Positions 1-13,050 of a stretch of 64,000 nt of DNA are shown piece by piece; the first letter of the stretch is position 1, and each line of letters opens with the position of its first letter. Source of the stretch: Cenococcum geophilum (lineage: Eukaryota). A program made the translations under genes and the position numbers. The notes under the pieces were generated by a model that was given only the letters and a program-made list of their open reading frames with translations, searched no databases and had not been told where the DNA came from. The stretch lies in assembly GCA_050273025.1 (NCBI GenBank), contig CP158635.1, positions 28,892,001 to 28,956,000 of the forward strand, read 5' to 3'.

Positions 1-3000
1 AAACAATTAGAGCGTATAATTATAGGAGATATTTAGCCAAAAGAACGAGAGATCTTTAAGGCCATATTATTTAACTAAGAAGAGGCTCTAGCATAGGAGT
101 TCTCTAAAATAGGTCGCGTTAATAAAGACGTAACTTTACTACTAAAGATTAAAACCGTGCCGTATAAGGTATAGTAAGTACCAAACTTTTTAGTACCTAG
201 GGCCCTATAAGAAGAAGTAATAAATATATTATAAGAACGACTAGCTTAAGGGACTCTAAAATATTATAAAAGCCTATATAGGAATCTATAGTTTTTTATA
301 AATAAGAAGGAACGCAATAAGTATTAACTAATTAACGCGGCGATAAATATTAACTAAGTAACTATTAGGGATGTAAATCTGCCGCTATATGCTAATGAAT
401 TTTCTAAGGAGTTTGCGGGGTATAAGGTTATATCTCTAGTAGACTTCTTCTCTAGTTATAACTAATTAGAGCTAAATATAGAAAGCCAAAACCTAATAGC
501 TTTTATAATACCTCTAGGACTTCTATAATAAATAATGGTACCTATAGGAGGTATAAATTCTGTAGCCTAGTTCGTGCGGATAATTACTAAGATCTTAGAA
601 TAACACATCCTATACTACACCCTGCTATTTCTAGATAATATTATAGTAAAAGGCCTATAGACAGTATATAATAGGGAGGAGAGCCTTCTAGGTGTGTGTA
701 GATATATTCTAGAATATATTATATAGCTAAACGGAGTACTTGCAGATTTAGAACGAGCTAGGTATACAATTTTAGGCGTAAAGTCTTATTTCTATAAAGA
801 TAAGATTATAGTGGTTAGCTACCGCTGTAATGGAAAAGGATAATATCTAGAAGAGTTAAAGGTCGTAAAGATTATTTACTAAAAAGACTGTAAAGACGTT
901 ACATTAGCCTAAGCGTTCTTAGGAGTTATTATATATTATTGAATATAGGTAAAAGACTTTACAATTAAGGTAGAGCTAATCTTCCGACTGCTATAAGTAA
1001 ACGTTCTATTTATATAGGGTATAGAGCAGATAGCTGCTATAAAGACTCTAAAGCATACAGTTACTACTATACCCGTATTAGTTTAGCTAGATTATAGTAA
1101 AGGGGCTAGGCTAATTATTTTCGCCGTTAACAGATGCAAGAATAGATGGGGGTGCGGCCTTATACAACTAAATATACAAGGTCGTCGTCACCTATGTTAA
1201 TATAAAAGCGGTATCTAATCTTAGGCGGAGCAGAAATATAACTTAGAAAAGCTTAAATATCAGGTATTATTATATGCGTTAAAGAAGTATCACGTATACC
1301 TATATGGCGTTCGCTTTATAGTAGAGACGGACGCGAACACCCTAGTTATATAACTAAATTATACCGCTACTAATTTACCTAAAGCCTTAATAACAAGATG
1401 GCTAGCATAGATCTAGCTATAGGACTTTAATATTAGGTATATACCGGGGAAGAAGAATAGCCTAGCTAATAGACTTTTGTAATAACTACCTAATAGTAAA
1501 CAACCTAATGAGCCGACTAAGGATATTAAAGAGTTTATTAACTATGAACTAAGTGCCTTAGAATATACAGCTGCCCTTCTTAAAATAAAAGCGGGTCTGC
1601 TATTAGAAGACTTATATTTAGAGGAATCTTAAAAAATTATAAAGTAGCTAGTAACCTTATAACGTCCGGAAGAGATAAATACTAAGGAGTTTAAAAAGTT
1701 TAAATAATATACACTAAAGTTCCTAGTGCGTAATTAATAGCTCTTCCGCTAATAGTTAAAAAATATACTAATGTAAAGGGTAGTTAATAATAAAGACGCT
1801 TAGCGGGAGATTATTAAAAGCCTTTATAATTAAAGCAGACATTATAAATAAGAGGGAATATATTAGAGGGTCTTAAATTAATATTAGTAGCCAAGGCTAT
1901 AGGATCAGATATTATAGCATATTAAGTCGTGTCTATAATACTAGGAGCGATAGCTAGGATAGGAAGAAGAAGCGATATACCCTATATAGGAGTCCACCTT
2001 ATAGTAGCGAGTAGTAGTAGATATTACGTTTATGCCTCTAAGCCGTCTTAAATTCTGGTACCTAGCTATTACTTAAGAATATATATCTAGATAGGTAAAA
2101 GCTCATGCCCTTTAAAATAAGGATATAAAAAGCATAGTAAAGTTCCTCTATAAAGATATTATCTACTAATAGGGAGCATTTGGATAACTCTCTGTAGATA
2201 GTAGAGGAGAGAATATTAATGTTACCGCTGCGCTTATAAAGCTCTATAATATTAAGAGGGTTATAGCTTCCGCTTACTATGCTTAGGCGCAAGGCTTTAT
2301 AGAGTAAGGCTATAAACATATAATAGATGCTTTAGTAAAGATAGATAGCTTATAGCTAAACAATCTTTATACCGTTTTATAGGTAGATAGGATAACTATT
2401 AAGCGGCCTACGGGAATAACACTAGTAAGAGTTATATACGGATATAAGCATGTCCTTTTTATTAAACTCTACATATCTACTTAGTAGACGCTACTTTAGT
2501 AAACAGTCCAGACTACTATAGAGCTACTAGCACTTTATATAAAGTAGTTTAACTAAAGAGACGTAGATATAAAAGAGGCTATCGCGCGTATAAGACGACT
2601 AAGGGTAATAAATAAGGAGTACTTTAATAATACCTATTATATTTACTAGGACGGATTTAAGGTTAGAGATATAGTTATACTTTATAATATATAGCTTAAG
2701 TAAGACTATTCTAGTAGTTATAAGTTAGATCTAAAATAGCTAGGCCCGTTCCGCGTACGTAAAAGTTACCCGCATAAAGGATGGTACTTAATTAAGGATC
2801 TTAACGGCACGCTATTCTATAATTAAACTCTAGGGAATAGATTAAAGAAGTTCTATTAATAATAGATATCTAAAGTCTACTAGGAAGACTAACTTAACTA
2901 GTTAGGCGGAACTATACTATAAGAAATAACAGCAGAGCTAGAACCTAAGGAGGATATTATATAAAATCCATTAGTATCGCAACGCCATATAGTTTAAGAA

Positions 3001-3364
3001 GTGCGCGTTTTAGAAAGATTATTTAACAGAACTAAGTATAAAATATTTAACTAGGGGATAGTTAAGTTCTAAGGTAGGGGAGGGGATGTAGATAATAGCC
3101 GCGTAATCTATCCATTTATTTACTATATTTCCTAAAGCTCTTTCTATTACGCTTTTTTATTTGCTTTTTTTAGTTATAGGAATCTAATACGTAGTAGCAG
3201 TAAGGTAAGAATAGAAGAATGTTTACGTATAACTATCTAGTATTATTTACTGCAAAGATATTAGTTCTGTTTACCGCCTTTACTAAGCTAATAGTGATTT
3301 TCTATCCTAGGGATGGAAAATTATAATTAATCTATTTAACGATTAAAGCCAGTAGAACTCTACA
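1..3364 (+). mobile_element. Ty3/Gypsy LTR retrotransposon A, 3' part (RT-RNaseH-integrase, PPT, 3' LTR), RIP-inactivated
   Basis: De-RIPped motifs: SLVDFFS(G)Y(D)(Q) near 430, (P)(Q)G.(T)NSVA(Q)F near 540, F.VETDA near 1315, integrase WLGPFRV near 2740. PPT aggtaggggagggga at 3072-3086 is followed by TG. Confidence 0.9.
3087..3364 (+). repeat. 3' LTR of element A
   Basis: Starts TGTAGA right after the PPT and ends TCTACA (6-bp inverted termini). The partner LTR is outside the window, so the right end is inferred. Confidence 0.65.
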
Positions 3365-3503
3365 CCGCTACCTAAATTTAGTAGACTATTTAGATTAGAA
3401 AACCCTATTTAAAACTTTACCTTTTTATCCTTAATAAACCTTAAATATAGCCGCGATTAGTTAAAGTCATAAATTAAACAGAATTAGCAATAGTATATTT
3501 ATT

Positions 3504-6326
3504 ATATCTTTATCTAGTAGACCTCTAGTACTATATAAAGGAGCTAAGTAATAGATTAGTAACGTCCTTATAGAAGTCAGAGGCTTCGCAGTTAATTAGC
3601 GTTAGGTAGTACTCCTCTAAATCTATAATAAGATTCTACTCTCTTAAGAAAACTACGCAGATGCTGCTAGTATAGTAGTTAATTTCGTTAACCAGAATAA
3701 CAGGCTATAAGCATCTTTAGGAAGGGACGCGTTCTTATTAATCTTTAAGGACATCTTTAACATTAGTAAGATAATAAAAGATTAAAGAAATTAGTATAAT
3801 AAAGCTAGAGAAACTATCTAAAAGTCCTAGGGATAAGGTGTTTTTAACAGTCTACTTAAACACGCGGTCTTCTACTACTTCCTTTTTACTACCTAAAAGC
3901 TTACCGTCTATCCACTTTATAAAGTAATAGCACAAGTTAATGAGGCCCTAATTAATAGGCTTAAATATCCAGAACACGGCATTAAGAACACCACTTAACT
4001 ATAGCTAACTAATTTCGCGCTCGCGCTAAAGATGCTAGGAAGGGCAGTATTAGACTAGGTAGTAAATAAGTATAGCTTAGGAAAACACTTAACTAGCTTT
4101 CTTATTCTAAATAAGGACCTACCGCTAAGAAGTAAGAGACTAACTACTGTAGGACTAGAGGTTACTAATGTCGGAATTAAATAAGCAGGAGAGAGCTTAG
4201 CTCTTATACTGCGAATATATTTACAATATACTTCTAATATAATAAATCCCTTAGCCTTTTAGCTATTAACACCTATTTAAGAAGGAGGTGTTAGTATTAT
4301 ACCAAGTCCATCCTAATAAGGATTACCTATGTCAGTTAACTTACCTTTATTGTTTATAAACGAGAGTATTCTTGCGGCTAGAACGCCTATTAGCTCGCCC
4401 TTGCATCTACTAGTATCTTTATTAAAAAGGAATCTAAGAAGAGGACTAACGATTACTTACCTAAAAGTAGGAGGGCTAAAAGTAGAATCAATGTTTAATA
4501 AAAACGTTATTAAGCCGGGAGATAATAAGGAGTATATTAAGGAGGCTGTAGATACTATAGTAATACTCCGCACAAAACAAGGGTGTAACTATAAGAATAA
4601 TATACCAGCTTATCTTAAGGCGTCCCTAAACTAAACTACTAAAATTAAACTAACTAAGGTTATAAAGCTCTTACGTAGTTAGTATAAGGCAGCTAGTTCT
4701 AATCCAAAGATATGTAAGATCTGCTAGATGTATACGTAAGCTATAGGAGGACGTATAGGTTTAGTAATGAAGGGTTTAAACTATACCGCACTATATTATA
4801 GACTCTATTTAATATATTACGCTTATAACTACCTTAGCACTATAAAGACTAATCCTACTACGTACTCTTAGTTTAGAAAGGCTTATAGACCTCTAGTTCC
4901 GTCTAATTCCTTAAAACTATATAAGTTTATTTATAACTTAGCGCTAAGGTTTTTATACAACAGAGAGGCTTTACTTAATTAGATAATATTACTAAAAGAC
5001 CAAAAAGTATAGTAGTAAGAAGGATCTATAATTTTAAATGTATTTAAATAGTAGTGGGATTCTAATATCTCGGCAATAATTGATAAGGAAATGTGTATAT
5101 ACCACTACTATTAGCGTCTAATTAATAGGCGGCTAAATTATAGCTAGTTAAGAATAATAGTCTATAGTCTCTACCAATAGCTAATAAGACAAGACCCTTA
5201 ATATTATTGTTTTTATTACGCTCTTAGACCTAACAGCTAGTGGCAACTTATTTCCTACCCTTATTATATAAAATTTACGGTTAAAGGAGACTCTACAGCT
5301 TTCCGCTATATTAACGTTAATATTCCCTCGCTCCTTAAAAGTGGATATAGTACTAATATAATCTAAAGGAGCGTTTCTCTAGATAATAAGACTAAGGATA
5401 ATTGTATAATTATCCTACCTAGCATATATTACTACCTAGAATTATAGTAGGAGGATTTTAAGGCGCGAAAATTAACTAAGGGTAACGGATTTATTTATAA
5501 GATCTCTAATTAAGACTAGACTACTAAAGATGTAAAAAAGTATACAACTAACTAGGTAGCTCAGCTATATAAGAAAGGAGATATATATATAACTATACCT
5601 TACCTTCCTTATAGAGCGAAAGGACCTTTAACTAGAACCCGGCAAATAATACTACTATAGTTTATTAGTATTTAGGACAATTATAATAACCTTAAGGTCA
5701 CTAAAGGAGGTACTTAGGTAGAGTTGGTAGATACGCACTAAGACTTAAGAGCGCCGCCCTATACGCCGTCTGGATATACTAATCTCTACGGCGCAATTCT
5801 ATATCGCTTCCCTATAGCAGTTAAGCTTATAGCTGCCAGCGCTCTATCCAACGCCCTTCTCGGTAAACAATAATAGAATTCTCTAGTGGTAATTTAAGAT
5901 TATAACCTTCTTCTTAATGGCAACGGGAATAAAGTTAGGAAATAAATGCATTCCTACCATTTTAGGGCCGTTAAGAAATATAAAGATACGTTTAAGCTAA
6001 TATATATAACTAAGATGGAACGCTTTAATAGCCGCTTTTACTTCTACTATATCAATAATAGAATTAATCCTTTAGCTGTTATAGTAGATCTAAGTAAAGT
6101 ACCCTTAGTTATTATAGAAGGACAGAGTTATATAGAGTTACTTAAAGAATTATAGGATAGAACTAAGTAAATAGAAGGGCGCGAAAGAGCTATATTATCT
6201 AAGAGCCACTAGTCTAAAGTCTCTCTTACTGCTTAGTTAAGTAAACAAAAACAGTCTTATTTAACCAGAACGGAGTCTCCTTGTTTATTATCTTAGGTTT
6301 ATAGTAAGGGCAAGGAGCGCATATAA
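3504..6326 (+). pseudogene. RIPped ~940-codon ORF with a Cys/His cluster and a C-terminal 2OG-Fe(II) dioxygenase-like (PhyH-type double-stranded beta-helix) domain
   Basis: One continuous frame that includes track ORFs 4329..4634 and 5946..6155. Internal stops are TAA/TAG explainable by RIP. Motifs: FR(H)I(D)VN near 5300, I(Q)(G)SVSLD(D)(E), NC..ILP(G), KKGD(V)(R)IT.P(H)LP(H)(G)A near 5570-5620, TR(R)..L(P)(W)F. Confidence 0.7.
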
Positions 6327-6411
6327 TTACCTACTACGCCTTTATTTCGAAGATAAGGAGTTTTAGAGTTTTAGAAGTCGTTAGGGGATAACGACTTAGG
6401 TAGGGGAGGTA

Positions 6412-6660
6412 TATAATAGTATAATTTGGGCCCTGGATTTAATATCTAGATTAAGTATAGCTTTAGAAGAGCCCAGGCCTTCCACAAGTTATATAGATCG
6501 GTTTGGAGCCCTTAAAGTCTTTAATAACTTAGGCGAGACCAATAGATACACAATTTCCCTTTAATACACTCTTTTCTTTCTCTTCTTACTGCTTAATTCT
6601 GACTAATAGTGACCAACTAACCGACCGACCAACCAATAGACAGACTGACAGCACCGTGAC
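6412..6660 (+). repeat. 3' LTR of LTR element B, which carries the dioxygenase-like ORF
   Basis: Preceded by the stem-loop gtcgtta-gggga-taacgac and PPT aggtaggggaggta (~6377-6411). Starts T(G)TAA(CG)GT(G) and ends CACCGTGAC, imperfect inverted termini with the terminal A missing. Confidence 0.7.
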
Positions 6661-9600
6661 TTTCCTATCTTAGAGAGGTCGTACCCTCCTATAATATGGG
6701 GTAGGTAACCCATTTCTAGTTAAATAGGGGCAAATCCAGTAGAGTTATGGGGTAAGATCGCTTAGGCGTAGTCTATTGGGGGTAATAATTTAGCCTAGTT
6801 ATCCTAAAAGTAGTTAACGAAAGGCCAGAGTCTCTAGTCTAAGTATTAATTTATAATCTCCATTTAACCGTCTATCTAGGGGTAATATACTATAGAAAGC
6901 TTTAGCTTAATACCTAAGATCTAGGTAAACTTATTCCAAAAGGCTAATATAAACTATAGCTTATAGTTAGATATAATAGTATCTAGTAGTCCATAAATTT
7001 GGTAGATATAGTGGATATATAGTTAAGCTGCCTCTTTAGTATTAATATTTTTATAACAGGGAATTAAAAACGGGTGCTTGCCGAAGCGGTTAACTAAGAT
7101 TATAACTATATTATATCCGTTATAGTCTAGAGGTAGCTTATAAAAGTCTATTAAGATATATTACTAGGGGCGGTTAGGTATTAGAAGGGGTTTTAATAAT
7201 CCTAGGGTCTTATCTCGTAGAATTATAGACCTATAGCAGTTATTGTAGTTCCGTATATAGCAGTTAATATCTATAATTATTCCGGGCCAGTAGTAGCGGT
7301 CACCAATAATCCTATAGGTTTTATTTTTTCTAGGGTAGGCTATAAAGACCTAGGTATATACTTCGGCAATAAGCTAAGTCTATAAGTTCTGTTCCTCTAC
7401 TACTACTAGCCGTTTACAGTACTTAAGCAGTCCACTTTTAAGGGACTATAGGCTAGAAACGTTTTTTTGCCTTTTCGCGGTACTCCTATAGAGAAGGGGC
7501 CGTACGGTTTACCTATAGTAGTTTATTAATAAGGTCTAGTCCTATAGAGTTAATAGGGTATATCTTAGCATCTAAAGAGTCTGTATTTAGTTCTGCCCAT
7601 ATTTAGGAGTTAAGGTGCTCTAGTCGTAGTAGCGCTTAAGTCCGTAATAAGATCTTTACGGCTATCTAGTTATTTATATCCTATTTACGCCTTATAAGAG
7701 CGTCTGCACAGTTAGTAGCGTTTAGCCTATATATAATTAGGAACTAAGATAGGGTGTCCGCCTAGCGCGCCTATTAAGCTATAAGGGCCTTTATTATTAC
7801 AAAATATTCTAAGGCCTTATAATTGGAAACTACCTAAATAAACTTGGGGGTGCCTTTTGGTTAGGCTCGCCGGTGCTAAAAGCTAGAGATAGTAGCCAGT
7901 ATTTCTTTATTATAAATCGGGTAGTTTAGCTTAGTATCTACTATAGTTTTCGAATAGTAAGCAATAGGGTACTATTCTCTGTTTATCTGCTTTTAGGAGT
8001 AAACGCTAGCTATAATACTATCTAAGGCATCGGTTTTTAGTATTAAGGGCCGCTTTAGGTTAAAGTAGACGAGTAAGGGAGTAGAGACTAGCCGTTTCTT
8101 AAGCTCGTTAAAGGCCTGCCTATATACAGTATTAAAGTGAAAGGGCCAGTCCTTATAGGTAAGTAGGCTTAGTGGCCGGGTAATCCTACTATAGTTCTTA
8201 ATAAAGCATTAGTAGAAGTTATAGAACCCTAAGAATAACTACACCCCCTTTACAGTCCTTAGGGGTACCTATTAATTAATTACAGCCGTCTTTTCTAGGT
8301 CTGCCTTAATCCCGTTTATACTAATAATAAACCCTAAGTACTTTATATGCTTAACACTAAATTCTAACCTTTTAATATTGGCTTAAAGGCTAGCTTCCTA
8401 AAGCCGTTATAAGACTTTATAGATATACTCTTTATATTCTAGTTCGTTTTTAGAGTAGATTATAATATTATCCAGGTATACTATATAGAAGTTATCGAGG
8501 TAGTTAAATAGTACATCATTTATATATCATTGGTATATAGCCGGTCCGTTAGTTAGTCTAAAAGGCAGTACTTTATATTTATATATTCCGTAATAGGTCT
8601 AAAATATAGTAAGGTTTTCTAATTTAGGGTTTATCCTAATTTAGTAAAAAGCTTAGCGGATATTAAGCTTTATAAAGATCTTAGCTCTACTTATTTAGGC
8701 CAAAGTCTTATTAAGTAAAGGCAGTAGGTAGCGGTCTTTAAGGGTTAAATTATTAAGCTTATAGTAGTCGATATAGAAACAAAGTCCTCTATTTAGCTTT
8801 TTAGTAAAGAAAATAGATAAGTTAAAAGGGGCTTAACTAGGCTTAATAAAGCCTTTATCTAAGTTATTAATAAGATACTACTTTATAGCCTATAATTCGG
8901 CAGTAAATTACTATCGGAGGGGGCTATAGCTAAGGGTAACTACCTTATCCGGCTTAATTTTAATTTTATAGTTATATAGTCGGTAAAGCGGGAGTACATT
9001 AGACACTGCTTTAAAGAAGGTATCTTTAAATTTCTAGTATTAACGGGGCAGTTTCTATTTTACTAGCTCCTTATCTATAAGCTCGCCTTTTTTTTAGGCT
9101 AGGGCTTCTTTCTCTTTAATTATTTAATTAATTTCGTATAAGCTAGTTATAAAGGTAACGGTATTAGGCTAAACTAGGTTTTAGTAGAATCCTATAACGC
9201 TAATATAGCAGATATTAACTAGTGGGAGGTCTATGGGTTTCTTTACAGATATTTATTAGGCCGTATTTTGCGGTATAGGGTTTATAGTCTTCCTTAGCTT
9301 ACGTTTTATTTTCCATAAGTTATCCTTCTAGTCTATTAGTTTAGTATATCGTCTAATATCCCTAGCCTTTCTTTATGGCTATATAGGGCCTAAGTTCTCT
9401 ATTAGGGACTTAGCTAGGCCACTATTAACTTCCTAAGTCTTTAGTGCGGGTAGTATAATATAGGCAGTCTGGGGGCGGCGTAGTATACAGATCTATTACG
9501 GATTAAGCTATATATCCTTCTTAAAAGCCTAGTCCCTACGCGTCGCATTAGCTTAGTAAACGGTGTTTATCTACGGCCATATAAGGTTTTCTATTATAAT

Positions 9601-10149
9601 ACTAATCTCTTTTATAAAGGAAGGCGTTAGGGGTATAGTTTTAGGCCAAATAAACTACCTGTTCCGTATATTAAGCTATAAGCCTAAATAGGCTAGCCAT
9701 TTTCTCCTTAAGATTATATTATAGCTTTTAAGGTCTATAATAAGAAAGGGGACGTTATACTACCTTCGTCTATTAACGTAGAGGTAGATCCGCAAGATAG
9801 TTATAATAGGTAGTCCTATCTATCCGTTATAACCGCGAATAGAAACTAGTTTAGGCAGTTCTTTAAGGGGTATATTAAAAAAGTTAGCCAGTTTTACAAC
9901 GCACTTTATATTAATTAAGATAAAGGTATTTACTCCTAAGTTAGCTAAAGCAAAGGTTAAAACTTAATATCTATTATAAAATAAAGTATAAGGAATAGTG
10001 TAGCTTCTTCTACTAACTAGCTAACCTAGATTAATATATAATATATCAATCCCTTTTAACCCTAGAGAGGAGTCTTCCTTTAAGGTTCCTCTTTTTCTAG
10101 CTCCGTATTATCCTCCTAAATTAATAGGACCTTATTTATCTTTACCTTT

Positions 10150-10333
10150 TATTACGGCTCCGTAACGGATCTAGTCAGGGGGCTCGCTTAAGCCTTGGCA
10201 TATGTATATAGACGTGTCCTTTTCCACCTTCTGCTCCTCATCTTGATATCCGGGTCCATAGACATTCCAATTGTACAGGCTTGCATACGTTCTAAACGGC
10301 GCTCGTGCCTCGATTGACTGAGTCGCTGTGACA
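10150..10333 (+). mobile_element. Solo LTR (184 bp) inserted in family C copy 1
   Basis: T(G)TTACGG...GCTGTGACA termini with CCTTT TSD (10145-49, 10334-38). The empty site is visible in copy 3 near 63390. Its 3' end resembles the family C LTR end. Confidence 0.9.
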
Positions 10334-11577
10334 CCTTTATTAGGCAGTTCCTTATAGGGTAGCCTATTTAACTGTATAAAAAGCAAGCTTCTTAATTACT
10401 AAAGGCCTATATACGGGGGTCGCTATATATAGGCTAGGTATACACTAGGCCTATAGTAAAGGTAGCTATACAGCTAGCTGCCGGGTTAACTATAGGAGTT
10501 GCCAATTATACTAGGGCACTATAGGCCGTACTTATAGTACTTATAGCCTAGTTTATAAGGTTTCTAGTTTTTAGCTAGTTAGTATATACCTTAATTTAAT
10601 AAAGGCCTTAGTTAATAGCTAGGCAATAGTCCATAAGTTCCTTTAATATCTATACCGTAGTATAAGCTAGTAATATAACCCGCTATAAGTCTAGGGTAAG
10701 CTTATTAAAGAGGTCTAGTAATAGGTCTTTTTGGGGGATCTAGGCCTATCCGGCTAGGTATAGAAAGCGGGTTTAGAAAGCTAAAAAGGTCTCCATTATT
10801 TTCATATTTAGGCTTTTATAGCTAAGGTAGGCGTTTTATACTTTAAAAGGGTCTTTATAAATAGAAGATAAGTATTTAATTATTTCTTCTTTAGAGATAA
10901 AGGGGTTTGCTAAGTCTTTAGTGTATTACAGGCGTAAATACGTCTAAGTATCTCCGCCAGTACGGCCGAAAATATAGGCCATTCTGGCTCGGGCGTTAGG
11001 GAAGTAGTCTATATTAACTTTAAGCTTATCCTATAATTAAAGCATCTAATTATTAAATATAGGGTCGGTTCCGTCTATAAGTAGTAGGGGATCCGCAACC
11101 TTTGCCGACCGCTTTAGTGCTATATAGGCCTTAATAGGTCTACTAAGGCGCTAGGATAGGGCCTAAAGGACTATAGCAAGTCTTTAGTTGTTTAATAATG
11201 ACTTATTAGATATAGGGGTATCTCTAGCTTTAAGCAGCTCTTATAGTTATTTAATTTCGGCATTAGCAGCCACAAGCTCCGCCTAGGGGGTTAAAACGTT
11301 AATTATTTCTTTATCTAAAGTATTTAAGGGTCCTGCAGCTGCTTTACCTACTACTATAGTTTGTAGCATAGTAGTAGGGGTATTAGGTAATTCCGGGTAA
11401 TTTTTTTAGAGGTTCTAGTCTATGTGTATCTTATAGGTCCTTTCCTTAAGGTTCTATTCTTTTCTTTTAGATCCTATCCTTATAGTCCTAGTAATGTTTT
11501 TAGGGTCCTATTTTATATTCTAGTAAATATATTTAAGTTCCTTCTTAGGAAGAAAGAGTAGAGTAAGCTTTAGATAA

Positions 11578-11823
11578 TATTAGTAACTTAGTTAATTAAG
11601 ATATAAGTACGGCAAAAGGGTCGCGCAAGCCTATATAATTAGATTGTCTATAAACAAGAATCTAAAGCTAGGGAAAAGAAAGGAGAAGAAGAGTAGCGCC
11701 GTTCGGTATTTTATAAGATCTTTACATTACGTAATCACAATATGCGGCAATCTATAGCAATCTATGGCAACTTGCCGGTGCGAAGTTCTGCTAAGTTCTG
11801 CCAGTTCTGCCAGTGCCGTAATA
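11578..11823 (-). repeat. 5' LTR of family C copy 1
   Basis: Reverse complement of the LTRs at 43773-43999 and 49317-49543. Confidence 0.92.
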
Positions 11824-12269
11824 GTATTAAGGCTTATTCGGCCATCTTACCTAAAGGGTTATATTATTGCAATCTCTCGCTATTAAAGGGACCTTTCTAC
11901 CTTTACGCGACGGCTTTCTATAAGGTATCCGTAGAGTTTCCATTTAAGTTATCGCGAGATTTTAAGGGAGGATAGTAGTTATAAATAAAAGATATAAATT
12001 AATAATCTAGTCCTTAAAGTCAACTACCTTTCTAAAAAAGAGTAAAAAGGATTTAGGTATAAGGGGATCTTATAGATAGGGGGCTATAAGGACATAATTA
12101 GAATAGAATAGATTAGTAAGAGAGATAAATCCTTACGGAGGTAAGGCCTCTAGGATTGTAAAGACTATATACTATAGGTACGTGCCTTTAGTATATAACC
12201 GGCGACTATCTAAGGGGCGTTTAGGGGTTGTCCTAAGGGCAACCCAAGGTGTCCGCGATAATATCCCTT

Positions 12270-13050
12270 ACAATTATCTGCCTAGCGTCCCTTTTCTACC
12301 CTAAGGCTTATAGGAACCGCTAGGACTTTAACTAGGTAGTCTTTATAAAGCACTTTTATACTAATATATTCTCCTAGCCTATTCTCTACCCTTACGGCTT
12401 ATTCCTTTACCTATTAATCCTTTAGGATAACTCTAATATCTCCGCTCCTAAGGTATTAGACTATAATAGCGTTATAACCCTTTTTATAAATCTCTATAAG
12501 GACTTCTATTTCTAATTATCCCCTAAGCCCCTTTACTTTTTCTTTATTTAGTTATATTATAATTATATACCCAGTTATTATCTTAAAAGGGGTAGGTTCC
12601 CTATACTATAAAAGCGTAGCTACGGCGGCCTAGGTGCGGTTCGTCGGTAAAAGGGGTTTTTATTTATTTTTAATTTTACTTAGCTATTAGAGGATTTAAT
12701 TAAGGGTTTACTAGAGTGGCGCCTAAGGTTCACTAAACTGACGGAGCTATTTTACTAGCTATATTAGTTTGTTATAGCTAACGGTTACTCCCCTATAGTT
12801 TTAGATTTTAGATACGTCTAATAGGCTTTATATTTTATTAGATACCTTTTTAATAGGGGTATTTCCGCTTTATAGTGTAGTATACGCCCGTCTTTATTAT
12901 AGAGAGCCATTACTAGGCGTAGGTTTAGCGGTCGCGCGCGGGTATAAACCACCGTCGTTTAATATGTAACTCCCCTACAATATATGCATCTTAGGGGGGT
13001 TCTCTAGGTGTTTTTCAGGGTTCTTTTAGTTAGTTTTAGTCTTTTTAGGC
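12270..13050 (-). pseudogene. 5' fragment of a Tad1-like LINE (ORF1 N-terminal part and 5' UTR)
   Basis: Minus-strand de-RIPped LRSGD(V)RV.LKD...KVL..DY(P)V(E)VLAVP..L.V.KGR(Q)ADN, resembling fungal LINE ORF1 proteins. Boundaries are approximate. Confidence 0.55.

Larger units (their letters stand above)
6697..11823 (-). mobile_element. Gypsy chromovirus family C, copy 1 (5' LTR-gag-pol, 3' end lost within integrase)
   Basis: Colinear with copies at 43773-49543 and 58875-63670. Carries RT/RNaseH/integrase motifs and a 5' LTR at 11578-11823. Confidence 0.92.

Noticed and set aside
2062..2319. Minus-strand 85-aa ORF, and similarly 11742, 21076, 27502, 27715, 31225, 51884 and 59145
   Set aside because: Shadow or junction frames over RIPped transposon or pseudogene sequence.
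3504..6326. Starship captain or other tyrosine recombinase, or an env gene
   Set aside because: I could not recognise recombinase catalytic motifs or a signal peptide/transmembrane layout. The motifs fit a dioxygenase fold better.
10171..10386. 71-aa ORF
   Set aside because: It spans a solo LTR and its junction, so it is a chance frame.
11824..12270. Possible coding remnant
   Set aside because: Protein-like in places, but I could not recognise any family.
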